Position numbers and translations under genes: made by a program
Shown here: piece after piece, positions 52,366 through 64,000 of the stretch
How positions within the stretch are numbered: the stretch's first letter is position 1
Layout of the letters: each line of letters begins with the position of its first letter
The notes under the pieces: model-generated
Seen by the model: only the letters and a program-made list of their open reading frames with translations
Databases searched by the model: none
Told to the model about the DNA's origin: nothing
Assembly (NCBI RefSeq): GCF_001194135.2
Contig: NC_068990.1
Coordinates: forward strand, 11,763,958 to 11,827,957
Origin: Octopus bimaculoides
Lineage: Eukaryota
Direction of reading: 5' to 3'
DNA length: 64,000 nucleotides

Positions 52366-54329
52366 TTTATTATTATTATTATTATTATCATTATTATCAT
52401 TATCATTATTATCATTATTATTATTGATTCTTGAAGAGATCACATATGGCTTTATTTTACTCTTAATCTAGACCATTTCTAAAGCATTTCCAAATGAAAT
52501 TTTCGTTGAAATACTTGCTTAAAAAAAGACTATCAACATTTAAGGAAAGCCTGCTCTTGATATCAGAAGGACAGGCATTTTGTTTTTACATACTTGCCTT
52601 ACTAAATTACATGCTCAATATTTTTACTTAAAAAATTATTACTAAACACAATTCGGGTATATGACAAAATACTGCAACAGTTATCAAGAAAAATAACAAC
52701 AGTACAAAAACGAAATACACAACTAAATTATTAAAGATGAGGAAAATATATATAAATGAACAATTGATATATAGAAATATTCTAAGGAGTCTAGCAGTGA
52801 GTTTTGAAGACACTGTAAATAACAATGGCATTGACAATATTTGCACTTTAAATCAATCATATAATAACTCTATAGTAGCAAACATTGCTGAGACTGCATG
52901 ACTAATAGAATTTATAGACTTAACACAGTTCCAAGAAAAATGTAGTTGGGAAAATTTTGAGAAACCACATAGCATTCTTTTGCTCAGGAGATAATCCAAA
53001 AACAAAATTCTCATATCTGTATTTTAGCATACTGTGGGAATCACAAAAAGTGATACAAGACATCTTGGAAGAAATCCTCTCAACCGAAAACAGAAAAGTT
53101 AAGGTATTATCTGATGTGATTGATGATACAGGACAAAAAGCCTGGCTGCTAGATTTGTAGTAGTAAGAATTGTCTCAGAGTTCTCTTTTCCTGTAAAGAC
53201 CTAGAGAGACTAAGCAAAGAAACATTAATGTTGCTTTAAAAGCTGTAGGTGGAATATGGTAGGTAGGAATTGTACATCTTTTATTAGCTGAGAAAGTAAT
53301 TAAGATATGCGTTCGGGATTAATAGGAAACAATTGTCTTGTAGCAAAATGAGGGATCATTGTAAGTCAAAGTAACATAGTGGCCGGCAGCAGCCAAGACA
53401 ACTCACGTAAGAGTTGAAAATTTGAAGATTTTACAACCATGCCAAATATTTTGACAAGGTTGTCTCTGGATTTAGTACTAAAACTAAAAGAGTTCTTTTA
53501 CATTGGTACCAACATAATTTTATCCACAGTTGAAAGTTATTGGTTGAAATAAAAATAAGCAGGTGGATTCATTGATTTGCATGTGTTTATGTTGCTGTGT
53601 TGAGGTTTATTAAATATAGTAATATTGATGAAATCTGGATTTGATTCTAAACAGGAATATTGTGAATTTGAAGTCAGAAACTGTTTGGTTACAAATGAAA
53701 GTAGCGAAGACTGACTGAGAGAACAAAAAGAGCAACAAATCCTGATATTTAGAACACCATCTCTCAAAACCCTGGGGATCGTAGGAGAAATCATTTTATT
53801 CCTTGTACTAGAAACAAACATGCAGTCAACTTGTCCCCGAACAGTAGCAACCAGCAGTAACATTCTATCATAATGTGACAAAGGAGAAACAGGGCTACGG
53901 AGGACAATATATGACTTGTTGAAGGTAACACTAAAGGGGAAAAGTTCACCCAAAAGAAAAGTCTATACAAAATTGTTTTTAAATGTAGGCAAGGAGAAGC
54001 AATTTCACGGCAACAATGATACCCTGCCTCAGAAAAATATTGAAGAAGATGAAGCAGGGGACTAAGAACTAAGATTCACTTTCCTTATAAAATGAAGCAT
54101 ACAACAAATGGGTGAAGTCACACATCTGTGGTATGAGGAACTGTCTGAAGGAGTAAACATAACACAAGCACAGTTAGATTTAGAAAATAACTATAAGAAA
54201 TGAATGATGTTAGATGAATGAGATAATCTTCAGTTTTTGTTGTTCATTTGTTTTATTGTTATGAATTTACATAAAACACTGCCCTTCCAGACAGAGAAAA
54301 ACAAGTTTCATTGGTAAGTACTGGTCATG

Positions 54330-54860
54330 TCAGAAAAATAAGCATCTTAAAAGAAACTAGAAATATTTTTGTAGAAGTGGTGAATATTTTGGTATTAGTA
54401 GTGACAGTTTCTTTTACTCTCCTGAATTTTGATAGTCAAACTACCTGTGAAATTCTTCTCTAATTTGTCTTTAGATATGCTCTCTTTTATGGAGCCCCAG
54501 AACCAATCTGGACAGACCTGTCATGATATCATCCCTTGAAAAATTGGCTTGTAATGTTTACGCTATGGTTGGCCAGGTTTTGCTGATGTCATCACTGAAT
54601 GTGAAAGACACTGTTTGTTTATACACACTTTATTTGCAAAGAAAGCAGTTGGGTTTAAAATTGAGCCAGAGACCTACTGCAGGAAGACAGGCAGCTTGCA
54701 AATGACACGCTGTTTGCAAAAACCAATCAAAAACATCGTAATGAATTGAAACAATCTAACCCTGAAGATATTGGTGTTTTTAACCACAAACAACCCAAAA
54801 CATGTTAACTGGTGCCTTGGGGTGCAGAAGACAACAATACAAGCAATGGCAAACAAGAAA
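54330..54860 (+). mobile_element. Possible retroviral-type integrase remnant (Ty3/Gypsy-like)
   Basis: Broken translation FVFRYALFYGAPEPIWTD and ..TTNNPKHVNWCL..TTIQA resemble the rve core; heavily decayed. Confidence 0.3.
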
Positions 54861-55094
54861 ATATGCAGTAATTGATAATTTAACCTAACCAGTAATCTTT
54901 CATGTTTTTATTACCTTTTAATTACACCTTGATTGCATTATTGTCCTTTATAGTACTATTTAAATATATTTTGGTACATGTAATTCATGCCTTTCCCACT
55001 TCTTCATATAACGTGCCTATTTTGCCCCGCTTGTTTTCTTTGTAGACCTTCTAGTGAGTGCTTCATATTTATCTGTATCTCTTCAAGCCTTTGT

Positions 55095-55290
55095 GGTAAA
55101 TAATAATAGAAGATCATCATCATTTTAAAATAAAATATGGTCCATTGTCTTCTGCTGAACCGGGGTCATCCCTTGACCCCAGGGTCACAGCAGGTCTTCA
55201 TCTCATGGAGAGTACATAGCGTAAAATGTGTGTGAAACCTAGCAACACTATTTTCTGAAGATCTCCCATATTAACACTGCAAGGGAGTTT
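55095..55290 (-). mobile_element. Short R4/Dong-like 3' end fragment
   Basis: Minus strand DLQKIVLLGFTHILRYVLSMR*, followed by a stem-loop 3' UTR; flanked by (TAA)n. Confidence 0.6.
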
Positions 55291-55323
<33 letters not shown>

Positions 55324-56707
55324 GTTGTTGTTGTTGTCGTCGTCGTCGTCGTCATCATCATCATCATCCTCATCATCATTGTTGAATCTAGTAGTGTGAA
55401 GCGATCTGTTTGATTCTCCCTTCAACATTTCCAAATGAAATTTTCTTTGGATTATATGTAGAAAGAACTATAATTGCCAAGGACTAGCCACCCTAAAAAC
55501 CCAGGAGTTGACAACAAAAAAAAGGGGGAATTGTTTCATGAACATTTAATATTTAATTTATACATGTTACATTTTCACATTTAAAAAGAAGTGGCAATGA
55601 CACTATGGAACACCACAAAGGCTAAAAACAACACAAAATGCAGTTAAACACAAGGTGAAATTGTAAGGCCTTTGACTATGCATTTGTGCCCCTGTGCAGG
55701 GGTCACAGAGACACAAGAGTCACGTGGTTTGCCATGGCTTTTGCACCACATTCAGGTAAAGTGACCAAAGCAGGCTTATGAAAAGGTAACCTGTGGGCAA
55801 AGTGCATCAAAATGAACTTGCAAGTCCTAGTGATACTCTGAAAGCCACAGAACAATACCAGATCCATACCCAGTGGAAGGCATTGGCTCAAAGGGTATGA
55901 AATTGATGATAAAAGATAGGAAGTTTAGTTGTTATATTTGTCAGAGTAAAATATGCCTTAGAGCTGAATGCTTCAAAGAACTGTGAAAACTAAGGGAAAA
56001 CAAGAAAAATGAAGACTAAGGAAAAACAAGGAACATGAAAATAATGGAAATCAACAACAAGAACAAGAACAACACATTCTACTTTCTAGAGTGTCACTAA
56101 TCATAAACATGGGGAAAGCAAAGGAAATATCTTTAGGCCCCATTATCATAAATAGCTGAGCAAATGACTTGTCTTCTGAACAGTTTCAACTTGAAATACC
56201 ACATCATGTGATAAGGGAGAAATGATAACAGGTGAAAATATAAAGGAAAAAAAAATTAGAAAAAATCATAGAACACCACATAAAACAGTGAAAAGAGGTG
56301 ATAAAGAACATATTTTTCTAAAGAACAATGAAACCTCACCTCATTAAAATAATGAAAATGGAGAACAGAACGATGAACTTAGATTCAGCAATCTTTGAAA
56401 ATCAAATAGTAAATAAATAAAATTATATATATCTGGTGCTGAAGAGATAAGAAGGACACAAAACAGTTAAATCCAGAATGTCAACAGCTTGCAAAAGATT
56501 GACCTCAAGTGAAACTAAACTTAAGACATTATATCAAACTTAAAAAGAGAATACCCTCAAAATGCCAGTGTTTTGTGAAATTAAATCCTGAAAAGAAGTA
56601 AGTAGTACATATGGCTGCACTCAAACACAATTTAATAAGTATAATAATAATAATAATATTAATAATAAAAATAATAATAATAATGACTTCATTTATATAT
56701 TTATCAG

Positions 56708-56835
56708 TACTGCCAGACTGGCCCTCGTGCCAGTGGCATGTAAAAAGCACCCACTACACTCTCGGAGTGGTTGGCATTAGGAAGGGCATCCAGCTGCCAA
56801 AACTCTGCCAGATCAGATTGGAGTCTGATGTAACC
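56708..56835 (+). mobile_element. Family C fragment
   Basis: AAAAAGCACCCACTACACTCTCGGAGTGGTTGGCATTAGGAAGGGCATCC. Confidence 0.8.
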
Positions 56836-57589
56836 ATCAAACTCCTGCTGCCGCATGTGGGAATGATCCATCTGTCAGCCAAGTCTGTAATGATGATTGC
56901 ACTGCTGCCCTCCTTCAATCGGGCAGGCAAGAAAATTTTCTTTTGCCTGGTGGCTGTGGCAGCAGCGGTGGCAGCAGCGGCGGTAGCAGCGGCGGCAGCA
57001 GCGGCGGCAGCAGCGGCGGTAGCAGCGGCGGCAGCAGCGGCGGTAGCAGCAGCAGCAGCAGTAGTAGTAGTAAGTATACTCCTTGTGATGATATGAAAAG
57101 TTGCTACTTTGTGGTTTTTGCTAAGGGATTTGTAGCTCTGGTAGATCTGACTAAATTAAAATCCCATATATTGACTATACACTCGTATTGCAGTCGTCAC
57201 TTCTATGTACTAACCTAAACAGATTATATACAAGTTCTCTAACATTGTTCGCAAACATAAAGCATCAAAATCAATTAAATTGTAAGGCACAAGCATTCTT
57301 CTTCTATCAGGCTTATCTGTGCCCATGTTGCTACCAAATTAGCATACATGTTTAATTATTGAAATGGAAGTGAATTACTCTAGTAATGCTGCTACTTCAA
57401 ACAAAAGTCAACTACTTGATTGAAACATCTGACTATTTGCCTCAGAGCTGTGAGGCATATGCATACAGTTACGAGGTTCCTAAAAAACTGAATTTGTTCT
57501 ACAGTGAAATTGTCATGCAAAAGAAAAACAATATAAATATACATTATAATTCTTTTGATATTACATTGACAATTTCCAACAGAAATAGA

Positions 57590-57965
57590 TGCAGCCATGG
57601 CAGTGTGGTGATTAAAAGGCTTGCTTTGCAACCATGTGGTTTTAGGTTCGGTCCCACTGTTCAGCACCTTGGTCAAGTGTCTTCTACAATAGCCCCAGGT
57701 CAACAAATGTCTCCTGAGTGAATTTGATGAAAAGAAACTTTGTGGAAGCCAGTCGTATATATATACAAATATGTATAGGTGTATATGACTTTTTGTTTGT
57801 CCCTGCCACTGCATGACAACCAATGTTGGTTTGTTTACATCCCCATGACCTAGCATTTTGGCAAAAGGGTCTGATAAAATAAGAACCAGAGTTAAAAACA
57901 AAGAAAGTACCTTTAATGCAGTGTCCCACCATGGCTGCAATCCAATGACTGAAACATGTAAGAAG
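57590..57965 (+). mobile_element. SINE family B, diverged
   Basis: Head, core and tail recognisable. Confidence 0.75.
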
Positions 57966-58404
57966 TAAATGTAGAAATGTATCCTTTGTTTAATCAACTA
58001 CGGCAGCAAATTGGCAGAGTCCTTAGAGCATCAATCAGGAACCTTGCAGTATTCATTTTGACACTCTGTGTTCTGAGTTCAAATTCTGCTAAGGTCAACT
58101 TTACCTTTTATCATTTTAGGATCAATTTAAAAAAAGGTACCGATCCACAGGGGGTGGATTGGCAGAACTATAACATTGTTGGACACCATTCTTTGCTCTG
58201 TCTATTTCACTTCTTGTCCTCTAAGTTCAAATTTCCTCATAGCTTCCTTGGGTGACATACTTAACCCATTTCCTGTTTTAAGGCCACTTCCTGGCATTTT
58301 GTGTACCTTTAATGGAATCCACCCAGGTGCAAGCATTTGAGCTAGGTTTCTTCTCTTTCTCCTACTAATCTCAGGGGCCCAGTAGTGAGTCGTAGGCACT
58401 GATT

Positions 58405-58856
58405 TCTCTTCTTTTATCCTTGACCTTTTACTTGTTTCGCTCTGTGACCATGCTGGTGCATTATCTTGAAGAATTTTAGTTGAACAAAGCAACACCAAAC
58501 TATTTTCTTTCTTTTAAGCTTCATACTTGTTCTCTTGGTTTCTTTTGCCAAACCATTAATTTAAGGGGACATAGACACAACAACACCTGTTGTTAAGCAG
58601 TGGTAGGGGACAAACAGATACAAAAAGGTGTGTATGCATGCGCAAACACACACGCACACACAAACACACACACACACACACACATACACACACACATATA
58701 TGATGAACTTCTTTCAGTTTCCATCTACTAAATCCACTCACACTGCTTTGGTCAGTCTGGGACTATAGTAGAAGACACTTGACCAAGGTGCCGTGCAGTG
58801 GGACTGAACATGAGACCATGTTGTTGGGAAGCAAGCTTCCTAATATACAGCCATGC
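58405..58856 (-). mobile_element. SINE family B, diverged
   Basis: Head, core and tail recognisable. Confidence 0.75.
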
Positions 58857-59167
58857 GAAATAAAATATTTTAAAAACCATCATTAAATATGTATTATTTG
58901 AATCTGATTTGCCAGCTTCAGGCAATTTCCAAATATAGACAATTCTAGAAATAATACATTTCTAAATCTCTCAGACAGATTTATGCAGTAGTGATACGTT
59001 GAAGTAGTTGTATGCTGTCAAATTAATGTGACAGTCGCATGAAGGGAATAATACTACTGTTGGTTAGACCTAGGAAGTTGCACCGTTTCCTGTAGGCCTT
59101 GACACATTTCCTGTGTCCTTATATTTACAAGGGGGAGACAAGCACCTCCACCCAGCTAAGCCTGCAT

Positions 59168-59208
59168 CCAGAGACATGTTTCTGAGTCTTTGCTCGTTAT
59201 CAGTCTGG
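59168..59208 (-). ncRNA. Minimal type I hammerhead ribozyme motif with a core substitution
   Basis: Minus strand CCAGA-CTGATAA-C-GAGCAAAGACTC-A-GAAA-CATG-TC-TCTGG: G8-to-A change in the core, intact stem II. Confidence 0.6.
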
Positions 59209-59414
59209 AGTAGCATGACCAGCAAGTTGAAGATGCCTGTCAACTTTCTGTAAACATATAAAAACTCTAGTGAAATATATTCACTGAGTTCAAATCTCTG
59301 AGAGATTTAGAAATGCCTTATTTCTAAATTTGAAATCAGTGAATGTATTTCACTAGAATTATTACATGTTTACAAGAGCTTGACAGGCATCTTTGACTAG
59401 CAAATCATGCTACT

Positions 59415-59455
59415 CCAGACTGATGACGAACAAAGACTCAGAAACTAGTCTCTGG
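59415..59455 (+). ncRNA. Minimal type I hammerhead ribozyme motif
   Basis: CCAGA-CTGATGA-C-GAACAAAGACTC-A-GAAA-CTAG-TC-TCTGG: 5-bp stem I, intact core, palindromic 4-nt loop III, GTC cleavage triplet. Confidence 0.7.
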
Positions 59456-59687
59456 ATGCAGGATTAGCTGGGTGGAGGTGCTTGTCTCCCCCTTGTAAAC
59501 ATAACACAGGAAATGTGTCAAAGCCGACAGGAAGCGGTGCAGCTTTCTAGGTGTAACCAACAGTAGTATTATTCCCTTCAGGGGACTGTCACATTAAGTT
59601 AACAGCATACAACTATTTCATAGACAATTCTAGTTTCTTTTGAATTTTCAGCATGGAGCGACAATGGTGCACTGCGATGAGTATTAA

Positions 59688-60061
59688 TCCTTTAGTATTT
59701 AAACCAGCCATAACCAGCCCCAAAATTCTACCTGTTTTATATTCAAACTGGCCATATCTGGCCTCTCATGCCTGTCCTACAACATCATTCTAAAAATAAA
59801 CAACCATATCATCAGAATCTTGATGTTATCAGATAATTCAAAACAACATGTATGATTAACTCAAATGCATAATGAGGACTGGCAAGCCAGAAGGCTGCAC
59901 CAGGCTCCAGTCTGATCTGGCAGAGATTCTACAGCTGTTAGGAAGGGCATCCAACTGTAGAAACTCTGCCAGATCAGATTGGAGCCTGGTGCAGCCTTCT
60001 GGTTTGCCAGTCCTCAGTCAAATCGTCCAACCCATGCCAGCATGGAAAGTGGACGTTAAAC

Positions 60062-60103
<42 letters not shown>

Positions 60104-60162
60104 TTCAAAGCAATGTGAATAAATAAGCATTACATTTTCTAGATAATCTGAATGCTGCAGGG
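59688..60162. mobile_element. Same MITE family split by a family-C insertion
   Basis: TTAA-TCCTTTAGTATT ... AATGCTGCAGGG-TTAA. Confidence 0.7.
59873..60100 (+). mobile_element. Family C with 5' fold-back inversion
   Basis: 59873-59937 is the reverse complement of 59952-60016; ends in (GAT)n. Confidence 0.9.
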
Positions 60163-61684
60163 TTAATCACAGGAAGAAATTGCTTTCTGATAAGAAATCT
60201 AGTAGGAACTGAACACTTCTAGCCAGATCGGCAGGCACAAAAATGCTGATTCTAAAACTGTTCTTTACTGAAATGCTCATATATTTTATTGTGGTTCTGT
60301 CACTTAAAGCAGTGAACCTGTATAAACTCTTTGACAACTCTTTACAGACAATTGAAACTTAAATGTCTTGGCTATAAACAAACACTTATGTCAGATGTAA
60401 CCACTGACCTCTTAGTTATTTGTCTGCAACCGCATGCAGCCAGCAGTAGTTCTCATCACTTGCTAATATATGCATATAATTATGATTAAAAGTTCAACTA
60501 TCCTTTCTTCTCTTAGCATAACAATTGAAATGCATTCAGTCAGTTTAATAATCAGACAAACCATTAGAAAATATGAATCGTTCAATATTTAATTGTTTAA
60601 CAGACTCGCCTTTCGTTTATTCAGCCATATTAATTAATTGTTATATTTTAATTACCTAAATGGATAATGGATATGTAAATACATAGTAATATGTGTGTGC
60701 CTGCTTGTGTGTGTTTGAGCATGTATGTACGCATGCGTGTGTGGGTGAGTGTGTACATACATGTATGTGTATCTATATATATGTGGGTGTGATATATGTA
60801 CATATATATGTGTAGATATGTATATATATATNNNNNNNNNNNNNNNNNNNNNNNNNNNNNNNNNNNNNNNNNNNNNNNNNNNNNNNNNNNNNNNNNNNNN
60901 NNNNNNNNNNNNNNNNNNNNNNNNNNNNNNNNNNNNNNNNNNNNNNNNNNNNNNNNNNNNNNNNNNNNNNNNNNNNNNNNNNNNNNNNNNNNNNNNNNNN
61001 NNNNNNNNNNNNNNNNNNNNNNNNNNNNNNNNNNNNNNNNNNNNNNNNNNNNNNNNNNNNNNNNNNNNNNNNNNNNNNNNNNNNNNNNNNNNNNNNNNNN
61101 NNNNNNNNNNNNNNNNNNNNNNNNNNNNNNNNNNNNNNNNNNNNNNNNNNNNNNNNNNNNNNNNNNNNNNNNNNNNNNNNNNNNNNNNNNNNNNNNNNNN
61201 NNNNNNNNNNNNNNNNNNNNNNNNNNNNNNNNNNNNNNNNNNNNNNNNNNNNNNNNNNNNNNNNNNNNNNNNNNNNNNNNNNNNNNNNNNNNNNNNNNNN
61301 NNNNNNNNNNNNNNNNNNNNNNNNNNNNNNNNNNNNNNNNNNNNNNNNNNNNNNNNNNNNNNNNNNNNNNNNNNNNNNNNNNNNNNNNNNNNNNNNNNNN
61401 NNNNNNNNNNNNNNNNNNNNNNNNNNNNNNNNNNNNNNNNNNNNNNNNNNNNNNNNNNNNNNNNNNNNNNNNNNNNNNNNNNNNNNNNNNNNNNNNNNNN
61501 NNNNNNNNNNNNNNNNNNNNNNNNNNNNNNNNNNNNNNNNNNNNNNNNNNNNNNNNNNNNNNNNNNNNNNNNNNNNNNNNNNNNNNNNNNNNNNNNNNNN
61601 NNNNNNNNNNNNNNNNNNNNNNNNNNNNNNNNNNNNNNNNNNNNNNNNNNNNNNNNNNNNTATATATATATATATATTTATATA

Positions 61685-61890
61685 TCATAATTATTGTTGA
61701 ACATACGTTTTCCATGCTGGCATAAGTTGGACGGTTCGACTGGGGTCTGGGTATCCAGGAGGCTGCACCAGGTCCCAGTCTGACCTGGCAGTGTTTCTAT
61801 AGTTGGATATCCTTTCTAATGCTAACTACTCCAAGAGTGAAGTAGGTGCTTTTTACGTGCCACCGGCACAAGGGGCCAGAATAGCTGGCA
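61685..61890 (-). mobile_element. Family C, 5'-truncated, abutting the 5S copy
   Basis: Tail motif on the minus strand. Confidence 0.8.
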
Positions 61891-61900
61891 TTAATTAAAA

Positions 61901-62019
61901 TGCTTACAGCACCTAGGTTTCCCAAGCGGTCACCTATCAAAGTACTAACTAGGCTCGATGTTGCTTAACTTCGATGAACGAATGAGAACCGGTGCTTTCA
62001 ACATAATATGGCTACATAT
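61901..62019 (-). pseudogene. 5S rRNA pseudogene / retrocopy
   Basis: Minus strand GCCATATTATGTTGAAAGCACCGGTTCTCATTCGTTCATCGAAGTTAAGCAACATCGAGCCTAGTTAGTACTTTGATAGGTGACCGCTTGGGAAACCTAGGTGCTGTAAGCATTTT follows metazoan 5S (A-box and C-box regions recognisable) with many transitions and a diverged 5' end. Confidence 0.85.
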
Positions 62020-62034
62020 TTTCAACCTATATAC

Positions 62035-62071
<37 letters not shown>

Positions 62072-62567
62072 TATATACATACATACATACATACATACAT
62101 ACATACTCATGTTTTGAATTCTATTTTCCTGTTTGCATCTTTAAATCTACATAGATAAATACAAATGTATACATGTCTGCATGTATGCATAATATATGTA
62201 TAGAAATATATGTACATATATATAAATTATATATATATAGACATATATATATATATTTATATATANNNNNNNNNNNNNNNNNNNNNNNNNNNNNNNNNNN
62301 NNNNNNNNNNNNNNNNNNNNNNNNNNNNNNNNNNNNNNNNNNNNNNNNNNNNNNNNNNNNNNNNNNNNNNNNNNNNNNNNNNNNNNNNNNNNNNNNNNNN
62401 NNNNNNNNNNNNNNNNNNNNNNNNNNNNNNNNNNNNNNNNNNNNNNNNNNNNNNNNNNNNNNNNNNNNNNNNNNNNNNNNNNNNNNNNNNNNNNNNNNNN
62501 NNNNNNNNNNNNNNNNNNNNNNNNNNNNNNNNNNNNNNNNNNNNNNNNNNNNNNNNNNNNNNNNNNN

Positions 62568-62605
<38 letters not shown>

Positions 62606-63115
62606 TCTCTCTCTCTCAAGTGAGTATGTGTGTGTATGGAGATATGGTAAAAACCCGGACTATGAGGAAACGGCTGATGGTCTACATCGGAAACAATTAG
62701 TCCAGAGGAGAGTTGATAGGAAAGTTTGATAAGTTCAATTGCCTTTGGGAGATAGATGTGAAGACGAGTGATGAAACAAGCAAACATGGAAATAGACATT
62801 GAGAGGAAGGATAAAGAGGAGGAAGATGATGAAGAGGAAGGAAATGGTGATAAGGATAATGATGATGGCAATACATCAAACACACACATGCGTATACAGT
62901 TCTTTTATATAGAAGTATGTGCATGTATACACACACACATGCTCATATATAAATATATATGTGTATATATGTATATATATATATATATGTGTGTGTGTGC
63001 GTGTGTGTGTATATATATATATGTGTGTATATATATGTATGTATGTATGTATGTGTATAAATATATATTTAGAAATGTAAATACATGTACATATATATGC
63101 ATATATATATCTATC

Positions 63116-63159
<44 letters not shown>

Positions 63160-63207
63160 TATAAATATTGATATATATATATATATAAATATATAAATAC
63201 ATATATA

Positions 63208-63251
<44 letters not shown>

Positions 63252-63763
63252 CATACTTCATCATCTTCATCATCATAATCGATGGCAGAATTTTTACATT
63301 CTTGATTGCCATGTCAGTATGTTTGACGTTCATTGAGGCAGTATATTTTATCTCGCTTTATCTCTCTCCCTCTCTCTCAGTCTCTCTCTCTTTCTCTCTC
63401 TCTCTCTGTCCTCATTCCTCTCTCTATCTCAGTCTCTCTGTATAACGTGTGTATTGGCATGTATTGTATAATATATAGAAGTGATTTTCTCAGAATAACT
63501 CTTGTCAGGACTCCACATGTATCTGACGAAACTGTGAGTCCACTGCATCTTAGAGGAAACAGCTGTGAGGTAACGATAACCGTTTATACCTTTGTCATCT
63601 CTTTTCGTATGTATATATACATATACAAATTAATATAGACAATTAGGTGCAATATAGAAACATATACGAAAAATTTAATCGTCACTACATGTGACTGAGG
63701 GTGCCAAGGCACCAATATTGCTAGAAATAAGAGTTAAAGACATTTAAAGTTGTAAGAACAGTG

Positions 63764-63811
<48 letters not shown>

Positions 63812-64000
63812 TGGTTGTCTACTCCTTAAACAGAGTTTGACCACCTCCTGCACCTACACCTTAGCCCTTTCATGGCGTCTGATGTGGCTTTTTAAACCAG
63901 ACAGTGTTTTGAAAAAACACCCACACAGATTGCACCTCTGATTTGCACTACCAATGCCTGCAAGTAAGTTCTGCTCATTGTGGATCCTAACATGTCTTTT

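Larger units (their letters stand above)
58949..59619. mobile_element. Fold-back non-autonomous Penelope-like (pseudo-LTR/retrozyme-like) element
   Basis: Inverted arms 59000-59295 and 59328-59620; 14-bp direct repeat ATAGACAATTCTAG at 58935-58948 and 59620-59633; an HHR motif in each arm. Confidence 0.8.

Noticed and set aside
52850-54300. Possible upstream pol region of an LTR element
   Set aside because: Only vague motif resemblance; no RT YxDD or RNase H signature readable.

Overview
AT-rich eukaryotic scaffold with many N gaps, extremely dense in microsatellites and short retroposons. The SINE repertoire matches what I recall of Octopus (coleoid cephalopod) genomes; this taxon call is from memory, not a search. 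I cannot support any host protein-coding gene. Nearly all ORF-track entries are microsatellite, SINE or N-gap artefacts. Supported content: three abundant SINE-type families (A, B, C) and two rarer tRNA-headed SINEs; decayed R4/Dong-like (REL endonuclease) and RTE LINE fragments; an internally deleted Tc1/mariner DD37D (maT-like) transposon, a mariner MITE, a decayed hAT and TTAA-flanked piggyBac-like MITEs; and a 5S rRNA pseudogene. The most interesting signal is a set of small non-coding insertions linked to minimal hammerhead-ribozyme (HHR) motifs and a Penelope-like architecture (head-to-head asymmetric inverted arms, 12-14 bp target-site duplications). These include a tRNA-headed SINE with an HHR-type tail (4060-4610, 29651-29953) and a 670-bp fold-back element with an HHR in each arm (58949-59619), plus an HHR-less derivative (33967-34196).
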